Of a stretch of 64,000 nt of DNA, positions 1 through 9,874 are shown piece after piece. A program made the translations under genes and the position numbers. Origin of the DNA: Patescibacteria group bacterium (GTDB lineage Bacteria; Patescibacteriota; Microgenomatia; Daviesbacterales; UBA10151). Under the pieces are notes generated by a model. It searched no databases. It saw only the letters and a list, made by a program, of their open reading frames with translations, and was not told the origin of the DNA. Position 1 is the stretch's first letter. Every line of letters starts with the position of its first letter. The stretch lies in assembly GCA_038064895.1 (NCBI GenBank), contig JBBTSA010000010.1:182616-246615 (forward strand). Reading direction: 5' to 3'.

Positions 1-779
1 GATTTGGAAGAAAAATAATCGATCCATAAGACAGAAGGCCAATTATATGACAAGGGATACAAAATATTGGCCATATAGTACCAATTACTGGAAAGGGAGG
101 TGAATAAAACTCCAAAAAACCCCGCCCATGTATTTGACGTCAACTCTTTTACTAAAAGATAAGCTAAAGCAGAATACAAAATAATATAAAAAGGTCCGAT
201 AATTTGGAAAAATAGTTCCGGCACGGGTATTTTGGTTAGCAAATGTATTATTGCAAATTGCAAGTCTACAAAATAGTGATAACCCGTAAGTGATAAACCG
301 GAAAATGCCGGATTCTGTGGAGGAACACTATATTTTAGGTTGTTAATTAGGGCCAAATGCCAAGTGCTATCAAAGCCATGAGCCCCCGGCAGAGAAATAC
401 CCGTATTAGTAACTGTCCCGTAAGGAAATGTTATTATGCTATTTATTAGCAAACTTAAACCCACAGTAATAAATATTAAAACATTGATTTTTGAAATTCT
501 TAATTTAAGAATAGATAAAAATCCTTTTGTTTTAAAAATTACTCCCCAGATAACAAATGCCTGTAAAAACAAAAAAATTTGAAGATACTTATAAAGACCT
601 AAAAAACCTGCAATATACCCTTCTAAGGTTATTAACATAAGACCAAGAAATATACAAATAACAATTTTGCTAAAAAGGCTTGCAGCCGTTAAATTAATTA
701 GTGCAAAAATTATTCTTCCTGAAGGCAGGATAATAAAAAGAAGGAATGCAATAAAAATTAACCAGTATATAAGTATCAT
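1..779 (-). CDS. Polytopic membrane protein, 3'-truncated by the window edge. Third paralog of the 'HDG-W-H / PPxNPxF(A/S)G' family (see 24638-26650 and 26647-30129). Not in the supplied ORF track.
   Basis: Manual minus-strand translation from ATG (779-777) stays open to position 1: MILIYWLIFIAFLLF...LPGAHGFDSTWHLALINNLKYSVPPQNPAFSGLSLTGYHYFVDLQFAI... This matches '...SQGHDGIWHISLMGEIKKSLPPNNPTFAGEKLYNYHYLVDVL' in the 670-aa protein. ATGA overlap with the stop of the upstream GT2 gene. Confidence 0.5.
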   Translation of the reverse strand, partial: MILIYWLIFIAFLLFIILPSGRIIFALINLTAASLFSKIVICIFLGLMLITLEGYIAGFLGLYKYLQIFLFLQAFVIWGVIFKTKGFLSILKLRISKINVLIFITVGLSLLINSIITFPYGTVTNTGISLPGAHGFDSTWHLALINNLKYSVPPQNPAFSGLSLTGYHYFVDLQFAIIHLLTKIPVPELFFQIIGPFYIILYSALAYLLVKELTSNTWAGFFGVLFTSLSSNWYYMANILYPLSYNWPSVLWIDYFSSK

Positions 780-1582
780 CCAACGTTTATTCTAAAGTTT
801 AACTGCGGATCAAACCTCCATTTTCTTTTATTTTGATCTGAATAATACCTAATAATTTTGAGCCTATAAAAGATTGCCAATGTTTCCCAAAACATCCAAA
901 AAACAGTTTTTAAAAATTTTTGACTGGTAATTGTTGATGCTCCCCCAAAATGTAATCTAATATCCACTGGCGCTTCGTAGATTCTTTTAAAACCCAAATA
1001 ATTTGCAACACTTAGTATTTCCACATCAAATGCATAGGTTTTAACCAAAAGTCTTGGTAATACTTTTTCTAAAACTTCTCTTTTAAAAAATTTCATCCCT
1101 ACCTGTGTATCCCGCAGCTTAAAACCAAATAGTAATCTAACTAACACTTGATAACCTATTGAAAGTATTCTTCTTTGCCAAGGGTAGTCCACCTTAGAAA
1201 CCGGATGTCTTTTTGAACCAACAATGATATCAGCATTGTACCACTCAAAGTGTTCAAGTAGCATAGAAAGTCCGTTTGGATTCAAATCCATGCCGGCATC
1301 AATAAAACCAACTACGTCACCTTTACTTTCTGCCATACCGAAACGGACTGCATAACCCTTCCCTTTATTAGCTTCATATCCGATTACCATCACATTGGTA
1401 AAATTTTTGGCAAAGCTTAAGGCCCTATCTAATGTTTTATCTAATTTACCATCTATCACACAAATCAGTTCTGTAGGGTAACGAAGTTTATCTAAAACCT
1501 TTTTAATCCTTCCTAAATCCCTTACTATTGTTTCTTCCTGCCTATATGCCGGAACTATTACCGAGATAAGTTTTATCTCCAT
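776..1582 (-). CDS. GT2 glycosyltransferase, dolichyl/polyprenyl-phosphate sugar synthase (DPM1/ArnC)-like.
   Basis: N-terminus 'ISVIVPAYRQEETI', 'VIDGKLDKT' and 'DAGMD' (DxD-like) motifs typical of the GT-A fold. 268 aa. Confidence 0.75.
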   Translation of the reverse strand: MEIKLISVIVPAYRQEETIVRDLGRIKKVLDKLRYPTELICVIDGKLDKTLDRALSFAKNFTNVMVIGYEANKGKGYAVRFGMAESKGDVVGFIDAGMDLNPNGLSMLLEHFEWYNADIIVGSKRHPVSKVDYPWQRRILSIGYQVLVRLLFGFKLRDTQVGMKFFKREVLEKVLPRLLVKTYAFDVEILSVANYLGFKRIYEAPVDIRLHFGGASTITSQKFLKTVFWMFWETLAIFYRLKIIRYYSDQNKRKWRFDPQLNFRINVG

Positions 1583-2828
1583 AGGTAGAGTATATTATCA
1601 GAGCCATAAGTAGTAAAGCAGCTACTCCGGTTGAGGCCAAAATTATAATGAATAAACTTGGATGGAAAAACCAAATAATTATAATCTGAATAATTGCTGC
1701 GATGGCAGGAAAATAGACAACATTTATCCTACCGATAGAAAGATGTAGATTAATATAAAGGCAGCAGATAGTAAATATAGTAATAAAAAATCCATACCAT
1801 AATAAAAGTGGTGAAGCTTCTAAATAATCAGAATTTAGCATTCTGATTACAAATTCAGGCATGAGCCAGTAAATTATTAAAACTAAAAAAGAAATTAGAG
1901 AAGTTAATAATAAGCTTAAGAAAAATACTTTTTTATATTCTTTTCCTTTTGATTGTTTTTGTGAGATAAGCGGGAACATTACAGCACCAATAGGCGCTGT
2001 TCCAAAGAAAATGATTTTTCCTAAAGAAGAAATTACGGCATAAATTCCCGCATCATGGGGAGCAAAAAAATGCTTAATTAAAATAATATCTGTAGAATAC
2101 AAAGATGTAATTGAAATGGATTGAATGAGAACTGGGAATGAATAGTGAAGCATCTTTTTAACATTTGGAACTCTTAGTGATTTTTTTAAATAATTTTGAA
2201 TAAATAATCTGGAAAGGAAAAATCCAATTGACGAAGCAATTACTAAACCGGCTACCGCTCCGGCTACAGAGAAACCAATGTAGACGAAGAATATGCCTAA
2301 TAATAATTTAAAACTGCTTTCAGTAAAAAGACTAAAGATCATTTGAGGAAATTTTAAAAGTCCTTGAAGAACTGATTTATAAAGAAGCGCTGCCAAAGAA
2401 AATAAAAATGATACAGCAATCAAAATAATTATTAGTTTATTATCTATCTTTAAAAATGAAGAAATAAATGGAGAAAAAAGGGTAATCATTGTAAATATAA
2501 TCAGAGATAAAATAAAAACCCTAGCATTAAACCAGCTTACTAGATTTACTACTTCACTATCATTTTTTGCTGAGGAAACAAATTTAATAATTACGAGACT
2601 CAGTGAGGCAGGGGCAATTCCTAAAAGTCCAGTAAGTGATAGTAATGCTGCTAATTCCCCATAGCTGGGTGGTGTAAGGAATCTAATCATTACCAGATGA
2701 TATAAATAATTTAGAAAATTAACCAGATTACTACCAGCTATCATAACTATGCTCCCCGTAAGTAACGGATGAGAAAGTAAATTTAAAAATTCAAATTTAA
2801 AATTTAAAATTGTCCTCATGCTACCCAA
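1542..2828 (-). CDS. MOP-superfamily polysaccharide flippase (Wzx/Polysacc_synt-like).
   Basis: 428 aa, ~12 predicted TM helices, Wzx-like hydrophobic architecture. Lies within the glycosylation operon. Confidence 0.6.
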   Translation of the reverse strand: MGSMRTILNFKFEFLNLLSHPLLTGSIVMIAGSNLVNFLNYLYHLVMIRFLTPPSYGELAALLSLTGLLGIAPASLSLVIIKFVSSAKNDSEVVNLVSWFNARVFILSLIIFTMITLFSPFISSFLKIDNKLIIILIAVSFLFSLAALLYKSVLQGLLKFPQMIFSLFTESSFKLLLGIFFVYIGFSVAGAVAGLVIASSIGFFLSRLFIQNYLKKSLRVPNVKKMLHYSFPVLIQSISITSLYSTDIILIKHFFAPHDAGIYAVISSLGKIIFFGTAPIGAVMFPLISQKQSKGKEYKKVFFLSLLLTSLISFLVLIIYWLMPEFVIRMLNSDYLEASPLLLWYGFFITIFTICCLYINLHLSIGRINVVYFPAIAAIIQIIIIWFFHPSLFIIILASTGVAALLLMALIIYSTYGDKTYLGNSSGI

Positions 2829-3976
2829 TACCCCCTTAAAAACAGTACCGATTCTATAAATAAAAGAATAATTGATACGGATAAAATAATAACCTTTAAT
2901 ATGTTTGGTTTACTATTTAACCATATGGCAGCAGCCAGAAAGCTTGGAAAAAAAACGATAATATATCTGGGGGTCGAGGAAAAACTACCTTGAATAGTTG
3001 GCAGCAAAAACCCTACCATAGCATATATAAGATAGGAGAGACGTATTTTTTTAAAGAACCCGTAAATAGGAAGCAAGAAAAAAATAATTCCTAAACTAAA
3101 TTCCAAAAGAATTGTTTGATAGATCGGATTTTGCATATCAACAGTAAGTAACATCTTGATATAACGGAAATAAACTTGAGGTAAAAGAGTAATACCCGCG
3201 GTATGCTGTTCTCCAACAATTGTCTGTAGATTATAAAATGCTAAAGGATCATCGAATGTAAAGTACTGATATAACATGTACATTCCAAGCCCCACAGGAA
3301 TAAAAAATAACCAAAAGATGATCTTTCGGTACATCTTTTGTTGCCAAATCTCAACTAAAAAAGCAGGGAAAAGTATTATCCCAAAAACCCTTGTAGCAGA
3401 AGATAAAGCACCCAAAAATGATGATTTTAGAAGCATACCCTTTCTAAAAGTATAAAATGACAAAACCGAAAAAAGGAGAAAAAGAGATTCATTATATAAT
3501 GCTCCAAAATAAAAAGAGGTGGGAAAGATTAGAAGCAGAATGATCGTAAGATATGCTAAATTTTGGGAATAATCTATTCTTATAAGTTCCCAAAGTATAA
3601 CTAATGCAAAGAAAAAAGCTATATTGGATGTTAAAAGACCGGCCAAGATGGAAAAAACATTCGCTGAAAATAGATCATTATAAAAAGGTTTTGCGAAAAA
3701 AGATATTAGAGTCGGGTATACCGGAAAGAAGGCCTGTTCTAAAAATTTATATCCGTGGATTGAAATGGATAGATAATGCTCTCCGTCAAAATTTGCCCAG
3801 GAGAAAAATAAAGGCTCAAGATGATAATTTTGAGACCCTCCTCCCAGGAATCTATCTTTATTCATAAGAGGAACATTAGAAACAGCAAAAACGCCTGCCA
3901 ATGTTAAGAATATTCTCCAGGCTATAAATAAAGTAAGAATTATAAAAAGTGGATGTTTTGATAACTTAGCAATCAT
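2816..3976 (-). CDS. Polytopic membrane protein, GT-C-like (PIG-V/DUF2029/GT87-type mannosyltransferase-like).
   Basis: 386 aa, highly hydrophobic with ~10 TM helices and aromatic-rich loops. Family assignment is tentative. Confidence 0.35.
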   Translation of the reverse strand: MIAKLSKHPLFIILTLFIAWRIFLTLAGVFAVSNVPLMNKDRFLGGGSQNYHLEPLFFSWANFDGEHYLSISIHGYKFLEQAFFPVYPTLISFFAKPFYNDLFSANVFSILAGLLTSNIAFFFALVILWELIRIDYSQNLAYLTIILLLIFPTSFYFGALYNESLFLLFSVLSFYTFRKGMLLKSSFLGALSSATRVFGIILFPAFLVEIWQQKMYRKIIFWLFFIPVGLGMYMLYQYFTFDDPLAFYNLQTIVGEQHTAGITLLPQVYFRYIKMLLTVDMQNPIYQTILLEFSLGIIFFLLPIYGFFKKIRLSYLIYAMVGFLLPTIQGSFSSTPRYIIVFFPSFLAAAIWLNSKPNILKVIILSVSIILLFIESVLFLRGYWVA

Positions 3977-4031
3977 TTTTTAAGTTTTCCAGCAAATTTC
4001 TGGTATAATAACCAATTCCTCTTGTTGATTT

Positions 4032-4778
4032 TCATTTTCTAAAATCTATTAAATATTTAATGTATGCGACGGGAAATCTTAGAGATGAAAATAATGCAAA
4101 CAAAAAACCGGGAAAGCCATCCATAAAACCCTTATGCCTAATGTATGCTTTTATAAACCAGAAGCCGGGTTTTAAAAAAAAATAATCAAAAAAGGAGGGA
4201 TTATTAATCTGTACCGATAGAAAATCTGTGTATCTATTAAATCTTTCCATATATATTGAGAATGTTTTATCTCTCATATGCAATAAATCACTCCTAAAAT
4301 ACTCTACCTTACCTTTTACTTCTGCTTGCTCATGAACATCTTTGGCTGGAAACCTTCCAAAGCCTCTTTTGTAAAGCCTTAAAGTATAATCAGGGTATTG
4401 CCCGCCCTTTGTCAAAAACCTTCCTAAAAAGAAATTCTTTCTCGGAATCCAGAAACCCTCTATATTGCTTTTTCTTAAGATAACTTCTTCTATCTCCCGG
4501 ACTAATGCCTTTGTAACCACTTCGTCCGCGTCAAGCTGTAAAATCCACTCCCCCGCTGCCATATCAATTGCCTTATTTTTATTTATATGAAAATTAGCAG
4601 GATTGGTGGTTCGTATAATTTTGGCCCCAAAACTTTCGGCAATCTTTAAAGTATTGTCTTTGGAACCTCCATCTACTACAACAATCTCCCATGCAATATC
4701 CCTTACAGAATCCAGGCAATTCTTTAGATTGGCCTCTTCGTTATAAACAGCTAATACAACAGATAGTCTTTTCTTCAT
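4032..4778 (-). CDS. GT2 glycosyltransferase.
   Basis: 'LSVVLAVYNEEANL...VVVDGGSKDNT...QLDADE' is the GT2 signature with a DxD motif. Confidence 0.75.
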   Translation of the reverse strand: MKKRLSVVLAVYNEEANLKNCLDSVRDIAWEIVVVDGGSKDNTLKIAESFGAKIIRTTNPANFHINKNKAIDMAAGEWILQLDADEVVTKALVREIEEVILRKSNIEGFWIPRKNFFLGRFLTKGGQYPDYTLRLYKRGFGRFPAKDVHEQAEVKGKVEYFRSDLLHMRDKTFSIYMERFNRYTDFLSVQINNPSFFDYFFLKPGFWFIKAYIRHKGFMDGFPGFLFALFSSLRFPVAYIKYLIDFRK

Positions 4779-4914
4779 ACAGAAAGTCTATTACTTACAA
4801 TCTATCGCTAATAAGATAAAATGCAATTGTGCCATTAGGATAGTAGATAATCTTTTTAATATCAAATGATAATTTGTGTTCCTTAATATATTCTACTATT
4901 TGTTTCATACCATA

Positions 4915-6111
4915 CTACCATTCGATAGCATATCTTTTTGAATATTCCCCAAAGTAATGATTCAAATAATTCTTTAATGACAAGGCTAAAATAACAACGG
5001 TTACTGCAACCAATATGAACTTCAAGATGGGCTTACTTAGCAAACTGACAATAAAATAAAGACCCAGTGCAGAAATAATATGCCAACTTCCTATCATAAA
5101 AGAAGCTCTTGCTGCATGGGGTGCTTCTGCCACCAGAGCTGAAGAAAGTGGTGCAATCAGTGCCCAACTCAAAAGAATCATACTCTCTTTAGATCTTTTA
5201 TACAAAAGGTAAACTACCCCTAAAATTAGAAATAGAGCATCTAATTTATAAAATTCTCCTGTTTGAGAAGAAAGCCTTGGATTTTTATCACTCTGTATGA
5301 ATAAATATTGTGGGGAAAAGTGCCAACTATATTGAGTAAGAATCAATTTAATACGGCCAAACAATTTATTCTCTCCTCTTTGCACTGTTTGATTTATTCT
5401 GGCGATACCTAAAAGCTGAGGGTGAGAAATAAGTATCAATCCAAAAATTATCACCACAATCGATGATGATACTACTACCTTCTTATTTTTAATAAAAGTT
5501 TTAATCCTGTTGAAATAGAGAGTTATTAAAACAAAAATCACCATTGGGACTACCACCTTGGATGGATGGTATGTTAGAAAACAAATTGCAAAACTGCTTA
5601 TAGATAAAGGTAGTAATTTTTGAGTTTTTTTAAATGAAACATAGAATAAAATTAACCCGGCCATAAAAAAGAATGAAGCAAAATTAGCTTCGTGGCTAAA
5701 ACGGGAAAAATGAATATTATATGGAGAAATTGCTAAAAAAAATGCCGCAATCAATCCTAAAAATTCACTTTTAAACATTATTCTAGCCAGAAAAAATATA
5801 AGTAACACATTCAAAACCCCAAAAACAGAAGAAGGAAATCTGGTACTAAATTCGGAAAGTCCGAGTAGTTTTATAGAAAGGGCGGTAAAATATACATGAA
5901 CCGGATGTTTATCGTCAGCAAAAGAGCGAAAATAGAAGGGGAAAGATTTGCCATATTCGTCTTTTCCGAAATTGGCAATAGCCCATCCGTTATACCCTAC
6001 TGCCGCCTCATCCCAGGAGATTGAAGGAGGATGGGAGTCCAACTGATACACTCTAAGAGTAAGTGACAGGATTAAAATAAGAAAAAGGAGAATTTTAGTT
6101 AACCTTTGCAT
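4915..6111 (-). CDS. GT39/PMT/ArnT-like polyprenyl-phosphate-sugar-dependent GT-C glycosyltransferase (short member, 398 aa).
   Basis: 'SWDEAAVGYNGWAI' Asp-Glu first-loop motif, '...FGKDEYGKSFPF', and the conserved C-terminal 'HFSPQYLFIQSDKNPR' module. Starts immediately after the stop of the next array member. Confidence 0.65.
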   Translation of the reverse strand: MQRLTKILLFLILILSLTLRVYQLDSHPPSISWDEAAVGYNGWAIANFGKDEYGKSFPFYFRSFADDKHPVHVYFTALSIKLLGLSEFSTRFPSSVFGVLNVLLIFFLARIMFKSEFLGLIAAFFLAISPYNIHFSRFSHEANFASFFFMAGLILFYVSFKKTQKLLPLSISSFAICFLTYHPSKVVVPMVIFVLITLYFNRIKTFIKNKKVVVSSSIVVIIFGLILISHPQLLGIARINQTVQRGENKLFGRIKLILTQYSWHFSPQYLFIQSDKNPRLSSQTGEFYKLDALFLILGVVYLLYKRSKESMILLSWALIAPLSSALVAEAPHAARASFMIGSWHIISALGLYFIVSLLSKPILKFILVAVTVVILALSLKNYLNHYFGEYSKRYAIEW

Positions 6112-7509
6112 TTAGTCTCCGAAATAAAACCTGCCAAAACTTTTGACCGTTGAGAATCCCCATTTATCCGGTGTATTTCTTATAACCTCTTTCCTGAATT
6201 TTTCCGGATCATATTTTAAATAAAAAAGGGCAAAAATATAGGGTTGGGCATACTGGTCCGAAACTAACACCTGGTCATAATTTCCAAACTTATTGTTGTA
6301 TTGCATAAAAAAATTTTTGTAAGCATATTGCCAGTGTTCTTTTGATTGGGCTGGATAGGTATTTATAAAATTCATAAAGTAATTTATATAAAAAGACAGC
6401 ATAACTAAAACAATCCCAAAATCAAAAAGATATTTTAGCTTTGGCCTTAACAAACTTAATCCTATGGCGGAAATCATGCTGATAAACGGCACCATAGATA
6501 ACGCCCGTAAAGCATGGGGTGATTCTTTGGTTAATGCAGCAGGTATTGGACTAATCAGCAGTAAAGCTATCGGCAAAAATCGATATTTTGATTTACTATT
6601 TACAAATGTTAGATATGATACACCGAGAAGAAAGAGAACTAATTCAGGAAGATAAAGCTGACCGAAACCCATCTGTTGATGTCGCAAATTTTTATCACCA
6701 TTCAGTAGAAAATCTGTACTAAAGTGAGATATATAATTTTTTATAAAAGTCTCTATATTGACAGTACCCACAGCCTGAAGTCTAAAAAACCCCACATCAT
6801 ATAAATATAGTCTGTAAATTGGCCAAATACTTATGGCAACTATAGCCAAAGATAAAATTACCCACCTAAGCTGTCTTTTTGCTAAATTTATCAGATTTTC
6901 TTTTTCTAAAAAAAATAGGATAAAAATTGTTAAAGGAGCAATTATCCTAAAGCTGTTGTAACTGTAGGCACTGAAAATAAAGCTTACCAGGGATAAGAGT
7001 ATTAAACTTCCATTTCTTGGATTAATTAGAAATAAATAAATTGCCAGCAAATAAAACATCAGACCGGCAGTTACCTCAAATCCTGTTCTTGAAAAAATAA
7101 AAAACCAGGGGGATATAGTTGCAAAAAAAGCACTCCATAGGCCAACCCATACTTGACCTGTTAACTTTTTAGCCAAAAGGTATGTTAAAATAACTACCCC
7201 CAAGGAAAACAAAACAGAAGGGATTCTAACTGAAAATTCATTTAGACCAAAAATGCTTACTGAAAGAGCCGTTGAATAAATATAGACCGGTAATTTAAAT
7301 TCACCAAATGCCCTGAAATGTATTGGCAAAAAATCTCCCCATTCATCCTTATCTGTTTGAGAAATAGAATATGCGTTGTAGCCTATGGACGCTTCATCCC
7401 AATAAACTGATGGTGGTATTTCTGAAATTTTATAAAGACGCGTAATAAGAAAAAAAACACAAATTAAACTTAATAAAAACCTTGTATTTAAAAACTTTGA
7501 TACAGACAT
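6112..7509 (-). CDS. GT39/PMT/ArnT-like GT-C glycosyltransferase (array member).
   Basis: 'YWDEASIGYNAYSISQTDKDEWGDFLPIHFRAFGEFKLP', multi-TM, C-terminal 'HFSTDFLLNGDKNLRHQQ' module. Confidence 0.7.
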   Translation of the reverse strand: MSVSKFLNTRFLLSLICVFFLITRLYKISEIPPSVYWDEASIGYNAYSISQTDKDEWGDFLPIHFRAFGEFKLPVYIYSTALSVSIFGLNEFSVRIPSVLFSLGVVILTYLLAKKLTGQVWVGLWSAFFATISPWFFIFSRTGFEVTAGLMFYLLAIYLFLINPRNGSLILLSLVSFIFSAYSYNSFRIIAPLTIFILFFLEKENLINLAKRQLRWVILSLAIVAISIWPIYRLYLYDVGFFRLQAVGTVNIETFIKNYISHFSTDFLLNGDKNLRHQQMGFGQLYLPELVLFLLGVSYLTFVNSKSKYRFLPIALLLISPIPAALTKESPHALRALSMVPFISMISAIGLSLLRPKLKYLFDFGIVLVMLSFYINYFMNFINTYPAQSKEHWQYAYKNFFMQYNNKFGNYDQVLVSDQYAQPYIFALFYLKYDPEKFRKEVIRNTPDKWGFSTVKSFGRFYFGD

Positions 7510-7524
7510 AATTTGATAACCTAA

Positions 7525-9207
7525 TCATAGCATGATGTAGAAAGCTTCACATTTAGGATGGCGCAAGCCCCTTTTAAAAACACTTTCACATTTTTCTTCA
7601 GGGTTAGTCGTATAAGCTATAAGTTTAATCTTTCCATCTAAACCCTTTATTTCAAAAAGAAACTTTAAATTATGCTCCAAAACCTGGTCATAAGAGATAG
7701 CAAGCTCATCTCCCACTAATATTTTGTCCTCATAAATTTCTCTATCCCAAATAATTGGCCTTATTTCAAGATTGTCAAGCTTTGTCTCCATATCCAAAGA
7801 AATATTGTTATAGTAGTTATTTTTAATCTCTTTGCTTGTTTGCAGTTGGTATTTTTTGGGATCTATTTTTCCATAAAAGGGTACCCATATATGAGAAGGT
7901 GCAATTCTACTGGAATCGATAACAATTTTTTTATCCGGATACTGTTTTAATTCAGATACTAATTTTTGATACTCGTAACCATAGTTTCCTCCTCTTTCAT
8001 ATTTTAAGAGAATAAAATATGAGTTATATAAAATAACAAGGGAAGTTATTGGAATTATCATGATGAGAATTATCTGAATCAATCTCAAGGGTATTCTCTC
8101 AAGTAGTTCGCTAGTGCCAAGAGAAATTATGAGAGTTAAAACCCAAAAAAGAGGTAATGCCCTAAGTGAATAAAATGGATCTTTTGTTAAGGCAGCAGGT
8201 ATAGGACTTACGATAAGTAGTAACAGAAGGATTTTAAAGATAGGATCTGATTGATTTTTCAATAAAAACTTAATACCAAGCCATAACGGCACAACCATCC
8301 ATGCATAAAAGATGCTTAAATTGGGCATTGATCTGGCCTCTTGCGGATCAGGATCAAAAAATAAGCTTCTGGGTGAGAAGTATTCAAGATAATGACTACT
8401 AAATTCCCTTAAAATATATAAGGCTCTTCCAAATATGATGTATTTAAAGTTACTACCATGCTCATTATAATCATTTTCATTTAAATAATTAACTTGTTCT
8501 ATCCTTCTTGTAAATGCTTCTGATTGAATAAATGTTAGCTGGGGCAGTTGAGAAATTATAAAAAGAACAATCCCAATTAAAAGATATTTTTTATATCTTA
8601 AAAATCTATTTTTAAACACCCAAATTAGGAGTGGAAAAAAGATTAGTCCTAAGTATCTTTCTGTATGATAAGTATATCCAGAAAGTCCCCCTACCAAAAA
8701 TACTAATATGATCAGTTTTGGGTTTGATAAAGATTTAATAAACAAAAAGACATTTAAAATAAAAAGTGTCAAAGATAAACTTATCTCATGACCTCCCCTT
8801 CCAAAATATACAGCCCATGGAGAAATAGAAATCAGAAATACTACTAAAGTCTGTCCAGAAAAAGTTATTTTTTTAATTTGAAATGCTATAAGCAGGGATA
8901 AAATAATAAGTAAAATACTTGAAAATACAGAGATAAGGCGAATCGAAAATACGGTTGGCCCAAAAAATGCAACTGGAATAACAGAAAAGTAAGTATACAT
9001 TGGCAGAAGATATGTCCCCAAAGATCTAAAAGCTAATGGTAAGGTCTGTCCGTAACGATCCTTACCTGTCTGCAAAATAGAATAAGCATTATAACCATGT
9101 GATGCTTCATCTGGATTTAAGCCGGGTGGAATATCATTTAGGTGATAGAATCGTAAAAATATACCTATTGATAAAACTAATAATAAAATAAGAATTTTAA
9201 AGCCCAT
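7525..9207 (-). CDS. GT39/PMT/ArnT-like GT-C glycosyltransferase (array member).
   Basis: 'NPDEASHGYNAYSILQTGKDRYGQTLPLAFRS', multi-TM, 'YFSPRSLFFDPDPQEAR' module, ~170-aa C-terminal soluble domain. Confidence 0.7.
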   Translation of the reverse strand: MGFKILILLLVLSIGIFLRFYHLNDIPPGLNPDEASHGYNAYSILQTGKDRYGQTLPLAFRSLGTYLLPMYTYFSVIPVAFFGPTVFSIRLISVFSSILLIILSLLIAFQIKKITFSGQTLVVFLISISPWAVYFGRGGHEISLSLTLFILNVFLFIKSLSNPKLIILVFLVGGLSGYTYHTERYLGLIFFPLLIWVFKNRFLRYKKYLLIGIVLFIISQLPQLTFIQSEAFTRRIEQVNYLNENDYNEHGSNFKYIIFGRALYILREFSSHYLEYFSPRSLFFDPDPQEARSMPNLSIFYAWMVVPLWLGIKFLLKNQSDPIFKILLLLLIVSPIPAALTKDPFYSLRALPLFWVLTLIISLGTSELLERIPLRLIQIILIMIIPITSLVILYNSYFILLKYERGGNYGYEYQKLVSELKQYPDKKIVIDSSRIAPSHIWVPFYGKIDPKKYQLQTSKEIKNNYYNNISLDMETKLDNLEIRPIIWDREIYEDKILVGDELAISYDQVLEHNLKFLFEIKGLDGKIKLIAYTTNPEEKCESVFKRGLRHPKCEAFYIML

Positions 9208-9874
9208 TTTTTTCAGTTCTAAAAATTTTTAAAATACCCAAGGTTATCAGTAAATTAATTAATGGAAATAGAAGAACTGGTCCCAAAGTAAATGTTTGTT
9301 TTATAAATCCCGTAACAAGAAGTGCAAATAATAAGTAGAGAACTATCAAATATGAAGAAGATTTAATAAAATATAAAAGTCCAATTAAAAAGAATATAAG
9401 AAAAATTGCAGGATACATTGAAAATTCTTCAACTTTTTCTCTTTCCCTAGGATGATTAGAAAAAAAATATAGATTTGGACTTAAACTATTAAAAATATTG
9501 CTTGCATAAACATTAAAATATGGATAAATATCCTTATAAAAGCGCAATACAAACTTATTTTTAAAGAGTTTACCAAGACTAATTGCAAAATACCCATGTC
9601 TTTCATTTAACTGTTTTTGTTGATCCGGCCTAAGTTCTCTTAAATTGTTATCAAAACCTGCTACTAAAATCTTTACACTTGTCGAAAATAGAAGAAGTAA
9701 AGTAATAAGAAAAATTTTTTTATTTAACCTAGTAGCCGTCAAACTCGCCATTGTTAAACTTAACAGAACTAAAGTTAAGCCAAGAAACAGATCTATCTTT
9801 ATTATTTTCCAAATCCAAAAATTTGTTATAGCAACTGCAAGACTAATAAGAGTTACGAGAGAAATCCGATGCAT
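9197..9874 (-). CDS. Membrane protein consisting only of the C-terminal module of the GT39-like family. Possible gene fragment or split gene.
   Basis: 'NSLSPNLYFFSNHPREREKVEEFSMYPAIFLIFFLIGLLYF' aligns with the conserved 'HFSPQ(Y/F)LF..GD.NPR...(Y/F)...LIL(G)' block of neighbouring paralogs. It has no N-terminal DE-loop region. Confidence 0.45.
   Translation of the reverse strand: MHRISLVTLISLAVAITNFWIWKIIKIDLFLGLTLVLLSLTMASLTATRLNKKIFLITLLLLFSTSVKILVAGFDNNLRELRPDQQKQLNERHGYFAISLGKLFKNKFVLRFYKDIYPYFNVYASNIFNSLSPNLYFFSNHPREREKVEEFSMYPAIFLIFFLIGLLYFIKSSSYLIVLYLLFALLVTGFIKQTFTLGPVLLFPLINLLITLGILKIFRTEKNGL

Noticed and set aside
3604-3867. Short antisense or alternate-frame ORFs from the track, including 3604-3867, 6464-6655, 9645-9884, 9869-10054, 10721-10939, 14047-14364, 16843-17028, 18292-18477, 20546-20773, 23261-23461, 23491-23706, 24422-24643, 30153-30626, 32142-32486, 33953-34147, 35108-35326, 36716-36967, 37060-37386, 37546-37788, 38719-39273, 42133-42351, 44681-44932, 45806-46085, 50074-50292, 51450-51768, 52332-52517, 53485-53832, 54423-54847, 55175-55357, 55824-56174, 57067-57264, 57838-58083, 58829-59026, 60246-60452, 61358-61633, 62068-62436 and 63222-63608.
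   Set aside because: All lie inside, or antisense to, long well-supported CDSs with clear family motifs. They have low-complexity or basic compositions typical of AT-rich shadow ORFs and no independent start or RBS context.
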